64,000 bases of DNA from Candidatus Poribacteria bacterium. Its GTDB lineage: Bacteria > Poribacteria > WGA-4E > WGA-3G. The first letter of the stretch is position 1, and each line of letters starts with the position of its first letter. The position numbers and the translations under genes were made by a program. The stretch is from positions 1,728,001-1,792,000 of the forward strand of contig OZ240248.1 in assembly GCA_965198235.1 (NCBI GenBank). The letters are read 5' to 3'. Below are positions 41,913 through 51,940 of the stretch, one piece after another. The notes below the pieces were generated by a model that saw only the letters and a program-made list of their open reading frames with translations, was not told the DNA's origin and searched no databases.

Positions 41913-42578
41913 GTGTCTTTAAAACAACGCATCCAGAATAAAGAAGTGATTAACATTGCATCTGGTGTCCCGTTCGGTTGCACCCGTGACGAGATGGAAG
42001 CGGTTCTCGGTCAAGGGAACTGCGATTTGGTCAGCACTGATCATCAGCACGGAGCCGCAAATGAAGACAAGCTTGTTGAATATTGCGCTATGGCGAGTGA
42101 ATTCGATGTAGGCGTGCAGCTCCGCATCAAACACACGCGCCACGCGTATCTCATAGGTAATCTATTAGATCTCGGTCCCCTCGCGATTGTTGTGCCGCAA
42201 GTCGAGAAAGTCGAAACAGTGGACGAGGCAATTGACGCGTTCTACTATCCTCAGATGGGAAAACGGAGTTGGGGTCCCAGCAGTGGTTACGGTATCAAAG
42301 GCGGCATGGACCGCCTAGCGTACGCCGAGTGGTGGAACAATACCGGCATTCTCATCTTACAGATCGAATCTGTTGATGCCGTGATTAACGTCCAAAAATT
42401 CGCAAAACCCGGCGTGGATATGGTAACCTTCGGTGAGAATGACCTGAATTTTAGTATAGAATCATATCCGAGCTCCCCGTTTCAGAACCTTCAAGAGTGC
42501 ATTGCGCATGTGCAAACGCAGTTGGCGGATACACACGTCAAAGTAGGTGCGGGGAATACGCCGTCAGGTTTACTGTAG
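41913..42578 (+). CDS. HpcH/HpaI aldolase family protein
   Basis: DHQH, LDLGP..IVVPQVE, YYPQMGKRSWG, QIES, GENDL; GGAGG RBS with GTG start. Confidence 0.88.
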   Translation: MSLKQRIQNKEVINIASGVPFGCTRDEMEAVLGQGNCDLVSTDHQHGAANEDKLVEYCAMASEFDVGVQLRIKHTRHAYLIGNLLDLGPLAIVVPQVEKVETVDEAIDAFYYPQMGKRSWGPSSGYGIKGGMDRLAYAEWWNNTGILILQIESVDAVINVQKFAKPGVDMVTFGENDLNFSIESYPSSPFQNLQECIAHVQTQLADTHVKVGAGNTPSGLL

Positions 42579-42691
42579 GAGTCATTTCCTAATCGTTGTT
42601 AATCCCTTACATCGGAAAGTGGCAGATTTCGTATACTGAGGCACACAAACAGGGGCTTGCTGTCAAGGGAATGCTATCAAGGAGTGTCATA

Positions 42692-43936
42692 ATGTCAAAA
42701 CGGATTAAGATCGGGATTATTGGATGCGGTATGGTAGCCGGTTCACATGTCAATGGGTATCTTGCACATCCGCAGCACGCCGAAATCGTTGCTGTTTGCG
42801 ATACGGTGGAAGCGAATGCAAAGCGGCGACATGCGGAAGTCCTTTCTGGTGCAGCGTCGAGCGCGGAAGCCGCAAAAACTGACGCAGAAAAGGCAGATAC
42901 CGCGGAAGCACGCGAGCAATTGAAGGCAAACGCTGCATTCTGGTCAGAATATAGCGACAACGGAGTCAAAATCTTTAGCGACTACAACGAAATGTTGAGG
43001 GAATGTGATTTAGACGCGGTCAGCCTTGCCCTACCGCCGTTTGTCCATGAGCCTGCCACAGTCGCAGCAGCGAAGGCTGGAAAGCACGTCTTCTGCGAAA
43101 AACCGATGGCACGCACGGCAACAGAGGCGAGAAATATGCGTGATGCCTGTGACGCAGCTGGCGTTAAGCTCGCATACCAGAGCGGCGGCACATGCCTTGA
43201 TCCGACAAGTTACGCTATTCGGGACTATATCACCTCTGGGAAACTCGGGGATGTTTATTACGGCAGATTGACCAGTTACCGTGCCCGCGGCAGACCTAAT
43301 GTAGATATGTTCGGTTACGGCAGATGGTTCCTCCATTCCGTTTACAGCGGTGGCGGCACGATATATGACACAGGTGTCTACCTCATCAATCGTTCTATCT
43401 ATCTCCTCGGTTCACCACAGCCCGCCACAATTAGTGGCATTGCTTATCGTGGGATGCTTCCTGAATATACAGGCGACGAGATTAACGATGTTGAGGAGCA
43501 CGCCTCCGTGTTTGTCCGATTTACAAACGGGATGTCGTTTACATACGAGAACGGTTGGTCGAGCAATATGGCAGGGCAACCACAAGGTATTTTTATTTTC
43601 GGCTCTAAAGGTTCGTTTAGCAACGATAAGCTCTTCCTTGAAAAAGGGGAGTGGGATACTGATGATCAGGGCAATCGCAGACGCTATCAAGACAATCTTG
43701 CCGAAACGCCGTTGGAGTTGCCAGATATGTCCTTCCCGGATAAGTTCCGTGATTTCCTTGATGCCTGTAACAGCGATGCCCAACCTGTCAGCAATGGGGA
43801 TGTCGGTCTGAAGGTTACAGAGATTATGAGCGGGGCACTCTTGTCTGCGAAACTCGGTCGCGAAGTTAGCGTAGAAGAACTGTATGAATTAGAAGGACTC
43901 CGCGCAGAACCGATACCGGGTTGGCACATTCCATAA
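42692..43936 (+). CDS. Gfo/Idh/MocA family oxidoreductase
   Basis: GIIGCG, HVFCEKP, GGGTIYDTGVY. Confidence 0.92.
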   Translation: MSKRIKIGIIGCGMVAGSHVNGYLAHPQHAEIVAVCDTVEANAKRRHAEVLSGAASSAEAAKTDAEKADTAEAREQLKANAAFWSEYSDNGVKIFSDYNEMLRECDLDAVSLALPPFVHEPATVAAAKAGKHVFCEKPMARTATEARNMRDACDAAGVKLAYQSGGTCLDPTSYAIRDYITSGKLGDVYYGRLTSYRARGRPNVDMFGYGRWFLHSVYSGGGTIYDTGVYLINRSIYLLGSPQPATISGIAYRGMLPEYTGDEINDVEEHASVFVRFTNGMSFTYENGWSSNMAGQPQGIFIFGSKGSFSNDKLFLEKGEWDTDDQGNRRRYQDNLAETPLELPDMSFPDKFRDFLDACNSDAQPVSNGDVGLKVTEIMSGALLSAKLGREVSVEELYELEGLRAEPIPGWHIP

Positions 43937-43959
43937 CGGAGCATGCAACGAATTTAATG

Positions 43960-43989
43960 TTGACAAATTACCCTTCAATCGGGTATTCT
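43960..43989 (+). promoter_or_regulatory. sigma70 promoter of the Mo-hydroxylase operon
   Basis: TTGACA-18 nt-TATTCT. Confidence 0.5.
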
Positions 43990-44074
43990 TTAAAAGGTGT
44001 CGTTGGGTGTGCGGAAGCATATACACGTCGAACGTATTACTTCGCTTGAAGGAACATGAAACGGAGGATTAGAT

Positions 44075-44923
44075 TTGAAGAGTTTTGAGTTTTTTGAACC
44101 TACCACCCTCGCGGAGGCATCTCGGCTATTCGCTCAGGAGCACGCGCAGCTCCTTGCAGGCGGGACAGACCTCGTTATCGGTATGAAGGCACTCACCGAA
44201 ACGCCGCAGTCCGTGATTAGTTTGCAGAAAATCCCGGAATTGGCGGGTGTCACTGCAGAAGCCGATGGCAGTATTAGCGTCGGTGCGATGACGAAGGTAC
44301 GCGAGGTCGAGTTATCGGCAGATATTCAGAATCACCACACTGCACTGGCAGAAGGTGCGGCAGAAATCGGCTCTATCCAGATTCGCAACCTTGCAACTAT
44401 CGGTGGAAATATTGCGCACGCTTCTCCTGCGGCAGATACAGTTGCTGGTTTGCTTGTCGCTGATGCACAGGTTGACATCGCGAGTGCGGATGGCGAGCGG
44501 AGCGTATCAATTGACGATCTTTTCACAGGACCGGGTCAGACCGTCTTAACACCCGGTGAGATTATCACACGTTTTCGTTTACCGAGCCCGATGTCTGGTT
44601 CTCACTACAGCAAGCATAAAATCCGCGAAGTGATGGATCTCGCGTTCATCGGTGTTGCCGCCGCTGTCAATCTGGACAATGGGACAATCACGGATGTCCG
44701 AATCGGACTCGCAGCTGTTGCGCCTACGCCGATTCGTGCGCCGGAAGCAGAGAATCTTCTAAGGGGAAATGAACTTACAGCGGAACTTTTGGAACAAGCC
44801 GGTGAAGCCGCGGCGGCAGCCGCCAGCCCAATATCCGATTTACGTTGCTCCGCAGAACATCGCAGAGAAATGGTCGATGTACTTACGAGACGAACCTTAC
44901 AAGAGGCGGTCGCGAGGGCATAA
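44075..44923 (+). CDS. Xanthine dehydrogenase family FAD-binding subunit (CoxM-like)
   Basis: LAGGTDL, QIRNLATIGGN..ASPAAD. Confidence 0.93.
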   Translation: MKSFEFFEPTTLAEASRLFAQEHAQLLAGGTDLVIGMKALTETPQSVISLQKIPELAGVTAEADGSISVGAMTKVREVELSADIQNHHTALAEGAAEIGSIQIRNLATIGGNIAHASPAADTVAGLLVADAQVDIASADGERSVSIDDLFTGPGQTVLTPGEIITRFRLPSPMSGSHYSKHKIREVMDLAFIGVAAAVNLDNGTITDVRIGLAAVAPTPIRAPEAENLLRGNELTAELLEQAGEAAAAAASPISDLRCSAEHRREMVDVLTRRTLQEAVARA

Positions 44924-45024
44924 GTCCAATTATTTATTTACAAGGAGATGCGCTGAGACACGGAACATCCCACCTCACGTTCTACTACGGAATCATGGTG
45001 TATGTATAATAAAGGAGAAAAAAT

Positions 45025-45504
45025 ATGGCAAAACACCCTGTCAGTCTAAAGGTTAACGGGGACGAATACGATTTACTCATTGAACCGCGCAAAACTCTGT
45101 TGGCTGTGCTTCGCGATACGGTCGGTTTGACGGGAACCAAAGAGGGGTGTAGTACAGGCGACTGCGGTGCTTGCACCGTTATCGTTGATGGTGAAGCCGT
45201 TACGTCCTGCATGGTGCTCGGTGTCACCGCCTCCGAAAAGGAGATTACCACCATTGAAGGTTTAGCCAGCGACGGTGAGCTTCATCCTGTTCAACAGGCG
45301 TTTATCAACACAGGCGGCTATCAGTGTGGTTTCTGTACCCCCGGTTTCATCATGGCATCGAAGGTGCTCTTAGACGAGAATCCGGATAGGACCGAAGAAG
45401 AGTTCAGGCATGCACTCGGCGGGAATATCTGCCGTTGCACCGGATACACAAAGATTCTTGAAGCAGTTCTGAAAGCAGCGGAAGAAGTCCGAACAACTGC
45501 ATAA
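45025..45504 (+). CDS. Xanthine dehydrogenase family 2x[2Fe-2S] subunit (CoxS-like)
   Basis: GCSTGDCGACTV, QCGFCTPG, GNICRCTGY. Confidence 0.95.
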   Translation: MAKHPVSLKVNGDEYDLLIEPRKTLLAVLRDTVGLTGTKEGCSTGDCGACTVIVDGEAVTSCMVLGVTASEKEITTIEGLASDGELHPVQQAFINTGGYQCGFCTPGFIMASKVLLDENPDRTEEEFRHALGGNICRCTGYTKILEAVLKAAEEVRTTA

Positions 45505-45573
45505 AGGACGGTTTTTAACACAGCGAACCTCGATCCAAAATCGAGACGAAAACTTAATTTAATAGGAGAAAAC

Positions 45574-45804
45574 ATGGCAAAGACTCATCGTGGAAAAGGC
45601 ATAAGGCACCTTTACGTAGATCCAAACGGGCAGGTCCACAACGGCGAATATAACAACGGCCGGGGAACCTGTCCGGTTTGCGAACGTACGGGTGTGAAGG
45701 TGCTTTATGATCGGGAAGTCGGCGAGGATACTGTTAAAGTCTGTAAAAAATGCAATACTGCCATCGGACGTGGTAAACTCCACCAACTCGTTGCAAGTGC
45801 ATAG
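45574..45804 (+). CDS. Small basic zinc-ribbon protein
   Basis: AGGAG RBS; MAKTHRGKG...GRGTCPVC...VCKKC. Confidence 0.8.
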   Translation: MAKTHRGKGIRHLYVDPNGQVHNGEYNNGRGTCPVCERTGVKVLYDREVGEDTVKVCKKCNTAIGRGKLHQLVASA

Positions 45805-45883
45805 CAAGAAATTTGTATCGGTGGGTACACTTTGGAAACGAGTGTGCCGAAGCACCGAAAAATCATGAGGAAAGGAGAATTAG

Positions 45884-48181
45884 ATGTCAGATTATACTGT
45901 TGTCGGACAAACAGTCGCACGCGTTGATGCTGTTGAAAAGGTAACCGGTGCCGCCCAATACGGCGCAGATGTTCATCCACCCGGTATGCTCTACGGCAAG
46001 ATCGTCCGCAGTAAACACGCTCACGCCAACATACTCAGCATCGACATCAGCGAAGCCGAAAAACTTCCCGGTGTCAGAGCGATCATTACGCAAGACGACG
46101 TACTAAGCGGCAGAAGAGTTTTCGCGACTGACAAAGTGCTTTACTTGGGCGAACCGCTTGCTGCCGTTGCGGCAACCGATCCCGATGTTGCCGAGGAAGC
46201 CGCTGAACTCATTAAGATTGAATACGAAGTGCTGCCGGTTGTGCAAGATGTCATGGAAGCGATTAAGGCATCCGCACCACGCTTGCACGGTGATACTACA
46301 AAGGATGGTCCCAATCGACGGGAAGTCAGCGCACAGATCCGGAAACTCTCTCGTGATAAAGAGAACGATCACAGCGACGAAATCAGCAAACTTGAGGTAG
46401 CATTAGAGGAATACCCTGATGAAGTTTACTATAACATCTCTGCCGAAAGCCACTCTGAAGCGGGTGATGTTGAGAAAGGATTCGCTGAATCTGATGTTGT
46501 TGTTGAAGATACTTATGTGATTCCACGAGTTCACCAGACTTATATGGAACCGCACGTCTCTGTCGCCAGTGCCGACTCATCCGGCAAAATCACTGTCTGG
46601 GCATCCACGCAAGGTCCGTTCGCTATCCGTTCCGGTATCGCCGGGACGCTTGGTATTCCGTTGACGCAAATTAATGTCATCGGCACAACGATGGGTGGTG
46701 GTTTTGGTGGACGTTTTGGTGTCATCATTACACACATTCCAGCCGTGCTACTTTCGCAGAAAACGGGGCGTCCAGTCCGTGTTCAGATGACACGTGAGGA
46801 GGAATTCATTGATGGTAGACCGGCACCCGGATGTGTTATTAAAATCAAGACAGGTGCTACGAACGACGGACACATTCTCGCACGGGAAGCACTCGCTTTT
46901 TGGGATTCCGGTTCCGTCTCCGGGGCATCGATCGGCAGCACGATTCGAGTCCGCGGGGTCTACAAAATTCCGAATCTCAAGGTAGACGCTTATGGCGTTC
47001 ACACCAACAAATCTGGTACTGCGGCTTACAGAGCACCCGGTGCCCCGCAAGCCATTTTCGCAGGTGAATCCCAACTCGACGAAATTGCTGAACGCATCGG
47101 TATGGATCCTGTTAAGTTCCGTCTAATGAACATGCGCGAGGAAGGCGATCCTGTCCCCGCAGGTGCAAACGAACCCAAAGTGGGTTACAAAGAGACTTTG
47201 GAAGCGGTCGCTGATGCCGCTGGATGGTGGGATCGGGAAGCTGGCGAGAACCAAGGATGGGGCGTTGCTGTTGGTGATTGGACAAACGGCTGTGGACCCG
47301 GTGGTGTTTATGTGTCTGTTCATGAAGACGGGAGTGCCCGTATCTTCCACGGGTCTATGGACATTACTGGAACAGATACCGCAATTTCGCAGATTATCGC
47401 CGAAATCCTGACAGTGCCGTATGAAAGCGTCACGATTCGACGCGGTGATACAGATTCCGCTCCATATTCTACCGGCTCAGGTGGAAGTGTCGTCACCTTC
47501 ACAATGGGCAACACTGCAAAATTGGCGGCTGAAGATGCTCACCGACGGATTCTCGAACTCGCCTCAGAGCGACTCAATATGAATGTAGACAACCTTAAAC
47601 TCAAAGATGGGGCTGTCCATGTTCTCTCCGCAGAGCCACCGAAATCCATTTCGTTAGGTGAACTTGCGGCGTATAGTTTGTCGACAACCGGGGGTCCTAT
47701 TGTCGGGAAAGGTTCCTTCGCACGGCAGGCAAGCACACCGGCACTCGCGGCGCAGATTGCGAAAGTCGAAGTAGACCCGGACACCGGCAGAACCCGAGTT
47801 CTCAAACTTGTCGCTTCTCAAGATGTCGGCTACGCCATTAACCCGATGGCTGTTGAAGGACAAATCGAAGGTGGCACAGTGCAAGGTTATGCCTGGGCAA
47901 TGATGGAAGAGATGCAGTACGGCGAAAACGGTAATATTAATCCAGGATTTGTCGATTACCGCGTCCCAACCTCAGCAGATCTCCCAACGGTCGAGTCTGT
48001 CATTGTTGAAGTGCCTGCACCCAACGGTCCCTATGGTGCCAAAGGTGTTGGTGAACCACCTATCACGCCAACATTGGCAACGATGGCAAACGCTGTCAAA
48101 GATGCCATCGGTGTGCGGATTACCGAATTGCCAATCAAACCAGAGAAGGTTGTCCAAGCATTGAAGAGCAATGGACATTAG
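45884..48181 (+). CDS. Xanthine dehydrogenase family molybdopterin-binding subunit
   Basis: HQTYMEP, MGGGFGGR, AYRAPG, GQIEGG, GAKGVGEP. Confidence 0.93.
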   Translation: MSDYTVVGQTVARVDAVEKVTGAAQYGADVHPPGMLYGKIVRSKHAHANILSIDISEAEKLPGVRAIITQDDVLSGRRVFATDKVLYLGEPLAAVAATDPDVAEEAAELIKIEYEVLPVVQDVMEAIKASAPRLHGDTTKDGPNRREVSAQIRKLSRDKENDHSDEISKLEVALEEYPDEVYYNISAESHSEAGDVEKGFAESDVVVEDTYVIPRVHQTYMEPHVSVASADSSGKITVWASTQGPFAIRSGIAGTLGIPLTQINVIGTTMGGGFGGRFGVIITHIPAVLLSQKTGRPVRVQMTREEEFIDGRPAPGCVIKIKTGATNDGHILAREALAFWDSGSVSGASIGSTIRVRGVYKIPNLKVDAYGVHTNKSGTAAYRAPGAPQAIFAGESQLDEIAERIGMDPVKFRLMNMREEGDPVPAGANEPKVGYKETLEAVADAAGWWDREAGENQGWGVAVGDWTNGCGPGGVYVSVHEDGSARIFHGSMDITGTDTAISQIIAEILTVPYESVTIRRGDTDSAPYSTGSGGSVVTFTMGNTAKLAAEDAHRRILELASERLNMNVDNLKLKDGAVHVLSAEPPKSISLGELAAYSLSTTGGPIVGKGSFARQASTPALAAQIAKVEVDPDTGRTRVLKLVASQDVGYAINPMAVEGQIEGGTVQGYAWAMMEEMQYGENGNINPGFVDYRVPTSADLPTVESVIVEVPAPNGPYGAKGVGEPPITPTLATMANAVKDAIGVRITELPIKPEKVVQALKSNGH

Positions 48182-48220
48182 AATAGCTGTCAGCCGTCGG
48201 AGTGCTCGGAAGTCACGTAA

Positions 48221-48245
48221 TCGGTGCGGTTTCAAACCGCACCGA
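48221..48245. repeat. REP-like palindrome
   Basis: tcggtgcggttt-c-aaaccgcaccga. Confidence 0.65.
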
Positions 48246-48301
48246 CCAACGTGATGGCGTGCTTCCCTTGAGGTTACGGAACCTCACTAACAACCTACCC
48301 C

Positions 48302-48363
48302 TACTTAACCGAAAATCTGCCTGAAACGAAGTGGAAGGCAGCCCAGGAGCCATAAATTAAAAA
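48302..48363 (+). repeat. GNA-hairpin element ending at a start codon
   Basis: ctgcct-GAAACGAAGTGGA-aggcag, cccaggagccataaaTTAAAAA before ATG 48364. Confidence 0.85.
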
Positions 48364-49080
48364 ATGTTTGGCGAAATTAGAAATGGACAGGGTGAACGCC
48401 TTGATTACGCCTTTCATGAAGGCGAAGGCGACAGAATTGCGGTGATTGGACACGGAGTGACTGGCAACAAGGACAGACCTGCACTCATCGCTTTGGCAGA
48501 GGGACTCGCTGCCGCTGGCATTTCTGTGCTGCGCTTCTCCTTCTCCGGCAACGGTGGATCGGATGGGGCATTTACAGATTCCACTATCACAAAAGAGATA
48601 GCAGACCTCGGGAACGTCATTGATGCGCTTGATGGATATAACGTCTGTTATGTCGGGCATAGTATGGGTGGTGCAGTTGGTGTCCTGCGTGCCTCTGCCG
48701 ATGAACGTATCCAACTACTGGTTTCACTTGCGGGAATGGTCCACACGAAAGCGTTTGCACAACGTGAATTCGGCGATGTCACACCCGATGAGGGCTTTAT
48801 GTGGGATGAACCTGACTGTCCACTCTCACGAGCCTATATGGATGAGATGGCGGCAATAGACAGTGTCGCAAAAAGCGCAAGTAAATTTGCCGTTCCGTGG
48901 CTTTTGGTTCACGGCACAGAGGACGATATCGTTCCCATTGAGGATAGCCACGACATCCTACAGTACGCAAACGAAGAGACAGAACTTCTCGAACTGCCGG
49001 GCGTGGACCACGTCTTTTCTGGTGACTCCACCGCAATTATGGTTGAAAAAGTCGTCACGTGGATTCGTCAAAATCTATAA
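48364..49080 (+). CDS. Alpha/beta hydrolase
   Basis: HG, GHSMGG, HGTEDDIV, DH catalytic triad. Confidence 0.92.
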   Translation: MFGEIRNGQGERLDYAFHEGEGDRIAVIGHGVTGNKDRPALIALAEGLAAAGISVLRFSFSGNGGSDGAFTDSTITKEIADLGNVIDALDGYNVCYVGHSMGGAVGVLRASADERIQLLVSLAGMVHTKAFAQREFGDVTPDEGFMWDEPDCPLSRAYMDEMAAIDSVAKSASKFAVPWLLVHGTEDDIVPIEDSHDILQYANEETELLELPGVDHVFSGDSTAIMVEKVVTWIRQNL

Positions 49081-49093
49081 GGTGGAAGCGAGT

Positions 49094-49321
49094 ATGGCAT
49101 ATATTGATAAAATCAAGGAAGAAGTTGGCTGGCTAAAGGTTATATTCGCTATTTCGATTGCCACAGATATTTCTTTGATCGCCTGGCTCATTCAGAATTT
49201 CGGGAAAGTGAATCTGTTTCTTTACATAGCAGGTCCGCTCGCTGCAGTCCGAATGATGTTGGCAATTGACCGAATTGATAGTACCGCACGTCAAAAAATG
49301 AATGAATTAGAGGAACTATGA
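49094..49321 (+). CDS. Small two-TM hypothetical protein
   Basis: MAYIDKIKEEVGWLKVIF...; two hydrophobic segments. Confidence 0.65.
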   Translation: MAYIDKIKEEVGWLKVIFAISIATDISLIAWLIQNFGKVNLFLYIAGPLAAVRMMLAIDRIDSTARQKMNELEEL

Positions 49322-49422
49322 TGGATTGGAGAGAGTTAGTTATCATAGGTCTGATTGTGGCGTTTTTCATTACCTTCGGAAGAATCGTACGAAGAGCCAC
49401 CAAGAGCGGGAATAAAAATTAA
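49318..49422 (+). CDS. 34-aa single-TM peptide
   Basis: ATGA coupling and GAGG RBS; MMDWRELVIIGLIVAFFITFGRIVRRATKSGNKN. Confidence 0.45.
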   Translation: MMDWRELVIIGLIVAFFITFGRIVRRATKSGNKN

Positions 49423-49501
49423 ACCGGGAACAGAAAGCTCTCAATGTCCTGCGCAACGGCATGGGTCGTTATGCTGCTACAAACCTTGGAGGAATTAAAT
49501 T

Positions 49502-50326
49502 ATGTCAACACCGCGTCTTTCAGTTTCAACGTGGAGTCTGCATCGACAACTCGGAAAACCGGGATTCACCGGACCCACGCATGACATGCAAATTCCAGTT
49601 GAAACCCACAACAAGGGACCTATTTCACTTCTGGAGTTACCTGCACGTGTCGCCGAATTCGGCATTCGCACTTTGGAGATTTGTCATTTCCATCTGCCCT
49701 CTGTCGAGAAAACCTACCTCGCTGAACTCCGCGCCGCACTTGCCGCTGCGGACGTTGAACTTTTTTCTCTACTGATTGACGATGGCGACATTACCCATCC
49801 GTCTGACGCAACCCGCGACATCGCGTGGATTGAAAAGTGGATCGACATCGCTGGCGAACTCGGTGCGAAATGTGCACGCGTCATTGGTGGTAAAGCCGAT
49901 CCGTCCGCAGAAACCGTTGCACAGAGCCGTGATGTCCTCGCGGAACTCACCGAACGGGCTGACACTGCGGGCATCCGCGTGATGAGCGAAAACTGGTTCT
50001 CTATCTTTTCTACGCCTGAAAACGTCAATACCATTTTAGGTGAGTTAGACGGTAAGGTAGGGCTATGTCTCGACTTCGGTAACTGGCGTGGTGATACAAA
50101 GTATGAAAATCTTGCTGCGATCGCTTCGTGGGCAGAGTCGTGTCATACCAAAGCACATTTCGCAGCACCGCGTGAAATGGACAAGAAAGATTACGTGCAA
50201 TGCCTTGATCTCACCCAAGAAGCAGGTTTCGCTGGACCCCATACCCTCATCTACGATGGACCCGGTGATGACGAATGGGAAGGCTTGGCTATTGAACGCG
50301 AAGTCGTGAATCCATACCTCAATTAG
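49502..50326 (+). CDS. Sugar phosphate isomerase/epimerase (xylose-isomerase-like TIM barrel)
   Basis: SENW, CLDFGNW, CHTK; GGAGG RBS. Confidence 0.85.
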   Translation: MSTPRLSVSTWSLHRQLGKPGFTGPTHDMQIPVETHNKGPISLLELPARVAEFGIRTLEICHFHLPSVEKTYLAELRAALAAADVELFSLLIDDGDITHPSDATRDIAWIEKWIDIAGELGAKCARVIGGKADPSAETVAQSRDVLAELTERADTAGIRVMSENWFSIFSTPENVNTILGELDGKVGLCLDFGNWRGDTKYENLAAIASWAESCHTKAHFAAPREMDKKDYVQCLDLTQEAGFAGPHTLIYDGPGDDEWEGLAIEREVVNPYLN

Positions 50327-50344
50327 GACTGGAGGAATCTAACG

Positions 50345-50575
50345 ATGGCTTCTAATGCTATTGCCACGATTACCCGAATGGTGGAGACACTACCTGAAGC
50401 GTTGCAGAATCAGATCATGGAGCATCTACGCGAGTATATTGCGGAGTTAGAAGATGAACTTCGTTGGGAGGTTTCCTTCAACAGGACGCAAGAGCAACTC
50501 ATCGCGACTGCTCGTCGTGCCAAAAAGGAAATCGCCGAAGGAAAAGCCGAACCAATGGATTTGGATCGGTTATGA
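50345..50575 (+). CDS. Putative antitoxin
   Basis: Small ORF coupled by ATGA to the downstream toxin. Confidence 0.7.
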   Translation: MASNAIATITRMVETLPEALQNQIMEHLREYIAELEDELRWEVSFNRTQEQLIATARRAKKEIAEGKAEPMDLDRL

Positions 50576-50832
50576 AATCGGCAACATTGCCTTCATTTTG
50601 GGCAGCTTATCGAACACTTGATGAGACGCTTAGAAATCAAGCCAGAAAGGCGTATCGATTGTGGATTTCTAATCCGTTTCATGGTTCTTTGCGTTTCAAG
50701 TGTATCAATAATGAGGAAGGTATTTGGTCCGTGAGAATCACTCGGGGTTATCGTGCGGTCGGCATCTTAGAAGAAGATACAGTCACATGGTTTTGGATAG
50801 GGCATCACGACGATTACGAACGTTTTTTTTAG
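50572..50832 (+). CDS. RelE/ParE-like toxin
   Basis: NPFHGSLRFK...WSVRITRGYRAVG...WFWIGHHDDY. Confidence 0.85.
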   Translation: MKSATLPSFWAAYRTLDETLRNQARKAYRLWISNPFHGSLRFKCINNEEGIWSVRITRGYRAVGILEEDTVTWFWIGHHDDYERFF

Positions 50833-50863
50833 GAGATAGCTGTATTCAGCTTATAGATAAAAA

Positions 50864-51706
50864 ATGTTTTCACTCTCACAAACACAACACAGTTTAACTA
50901 TTGCTTGGGACGGACAACAGGTCTTGGGCTACCATTTTTCCGAAGATGGCAATCGTCCGTTTTGCCATCCTTTGAACCTGCCCGGTGCGCCGCCGCTCAC
51001 GATGAACGAACCCGGTGATCACGTACACCACCAAGGTCTATGGGTCGCGTGGAAAAAGGTTAACGAAGTCAATTTCTGGGAACAACCGACACCCGGTAGT
51101 GACCCAACCGGTTTCGGCAAAATCGTCCATCAGCGGGTTGTTTCGCAAAGTGCAGATGCCAACAGCGCAAGTTTAACGACCGAGAACGCATGGATAGACT
51201 GGCAAGGCACGACGCATCTAACGGAGCAGCGGGAGATGACCCTCCATTCCCCCACAGCGGATGCGATGCAGATTTCCGTGTCGTTGATATTGCATCCGAA
51301 CGAGCGTGAGGTCGTTTTGGATCTGCGGCGCGGTGAACCCGGTGCAGATGGCAGATTCTACAGCGGGATGGCGATCCGATTCGACAATATCATCACACCG
51401 GGGAACCTATTGGATGCCGATGGACGCACCGAACCGATGGACATCTTCGGCAAGCAGAGCCGTTGGTGTTGCTTCACTTCGCAACACCCCACTGACAATG
51501 AAACCTACGGGATCGCTATCATTGATCACCCCGATAATCCTCGTTATCCAACAACGTGGTGGGTGCGCAACCGGGAGAACTACTGTTTAATCCATCCCTC
51601 GCTCGTTTACTACGAACCGCTGCATCTCGCATCCGATGAAACTTTGAATCTGCAGTATCGCGTGGTCCTCTATCGCGGCGAACCCAATGCAGCGTTATTT
51701 GAGTAG
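50864..51706 (+). CDS. DUF6807 / PF14100-type protein
   Basis: RPFCHPL, PGDHVHHQGLW, NFW, DHPDNP. Confidence 0.8.
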   Translation: MFSLSQTQHSLTIAWDGQQVLGYHFSEDGNRPFCHPLNLPGAPPLTMNEPGDHVHHQGLWVAWKKVNEVNFWEQPTPGSDPTGFGKIVHQRVVSQSADANSASLTTENAWIDWQGTTHLTEQREMTLHSPTADAMQISVSLILHPNEREVVLDLRRGEPGADGRFYSGMAIRFDNIITPGNLLDADGRTEPMDIFGKQSRWCCFTSQHPTDNETYGIAIIDHPDNPRYPTTWWVRNRENYCLIHPSLVYYEPLHLASDETLNLQYRVVLYRGEPNAALFE

Positions 51707-51940
51707 ATTATCTGATTTCCTTGGGCGGTGCTTTGTAAAAACGCAAAAGAACAGACCATAACCATGGAAAAAGCAGATTACAAATCCGATTCTACAGATG
51801 GGATTAAAACTGTTCCTGACTCAAGGCGGGACTTTCTTGCCAGGTTGGGCAAAGGGGCAAGGTTACCTCGGAAATGTTATTCACAGGGTGCCTGTCTCGG
51901 TAGTCGCCTAAACAGAAATGCGTGAAAATTGGTTCTCCAT

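Noticed and set aside
45574-45804. Named ribosomal protein (bL28, bL31, bL32, bL33 or bL38)
   Set aside because: Motif spacing does not match any that I can confirm, so no symbol is assigned.
44075-48181. Aerobic CO dehydrogenase coxMSL
   Set aside because: The large subunit lacks the Cu-binding AYxCSFR motif, and no coxDEFG genes are adjacent.
48302-48363. Hammerhead ribozyme or group II intron domain V for the GAAA-containing hairpin elements
   Set aside because: No conserved CUGANGA core or AGC triad/D5 geometry across copies.
50864-51706. Methane monooxygenase PmoA
   Set aside because: Soluble protein of the misleadingly named PF14100/DUF6807 type; no TM helices and no pmoBC.
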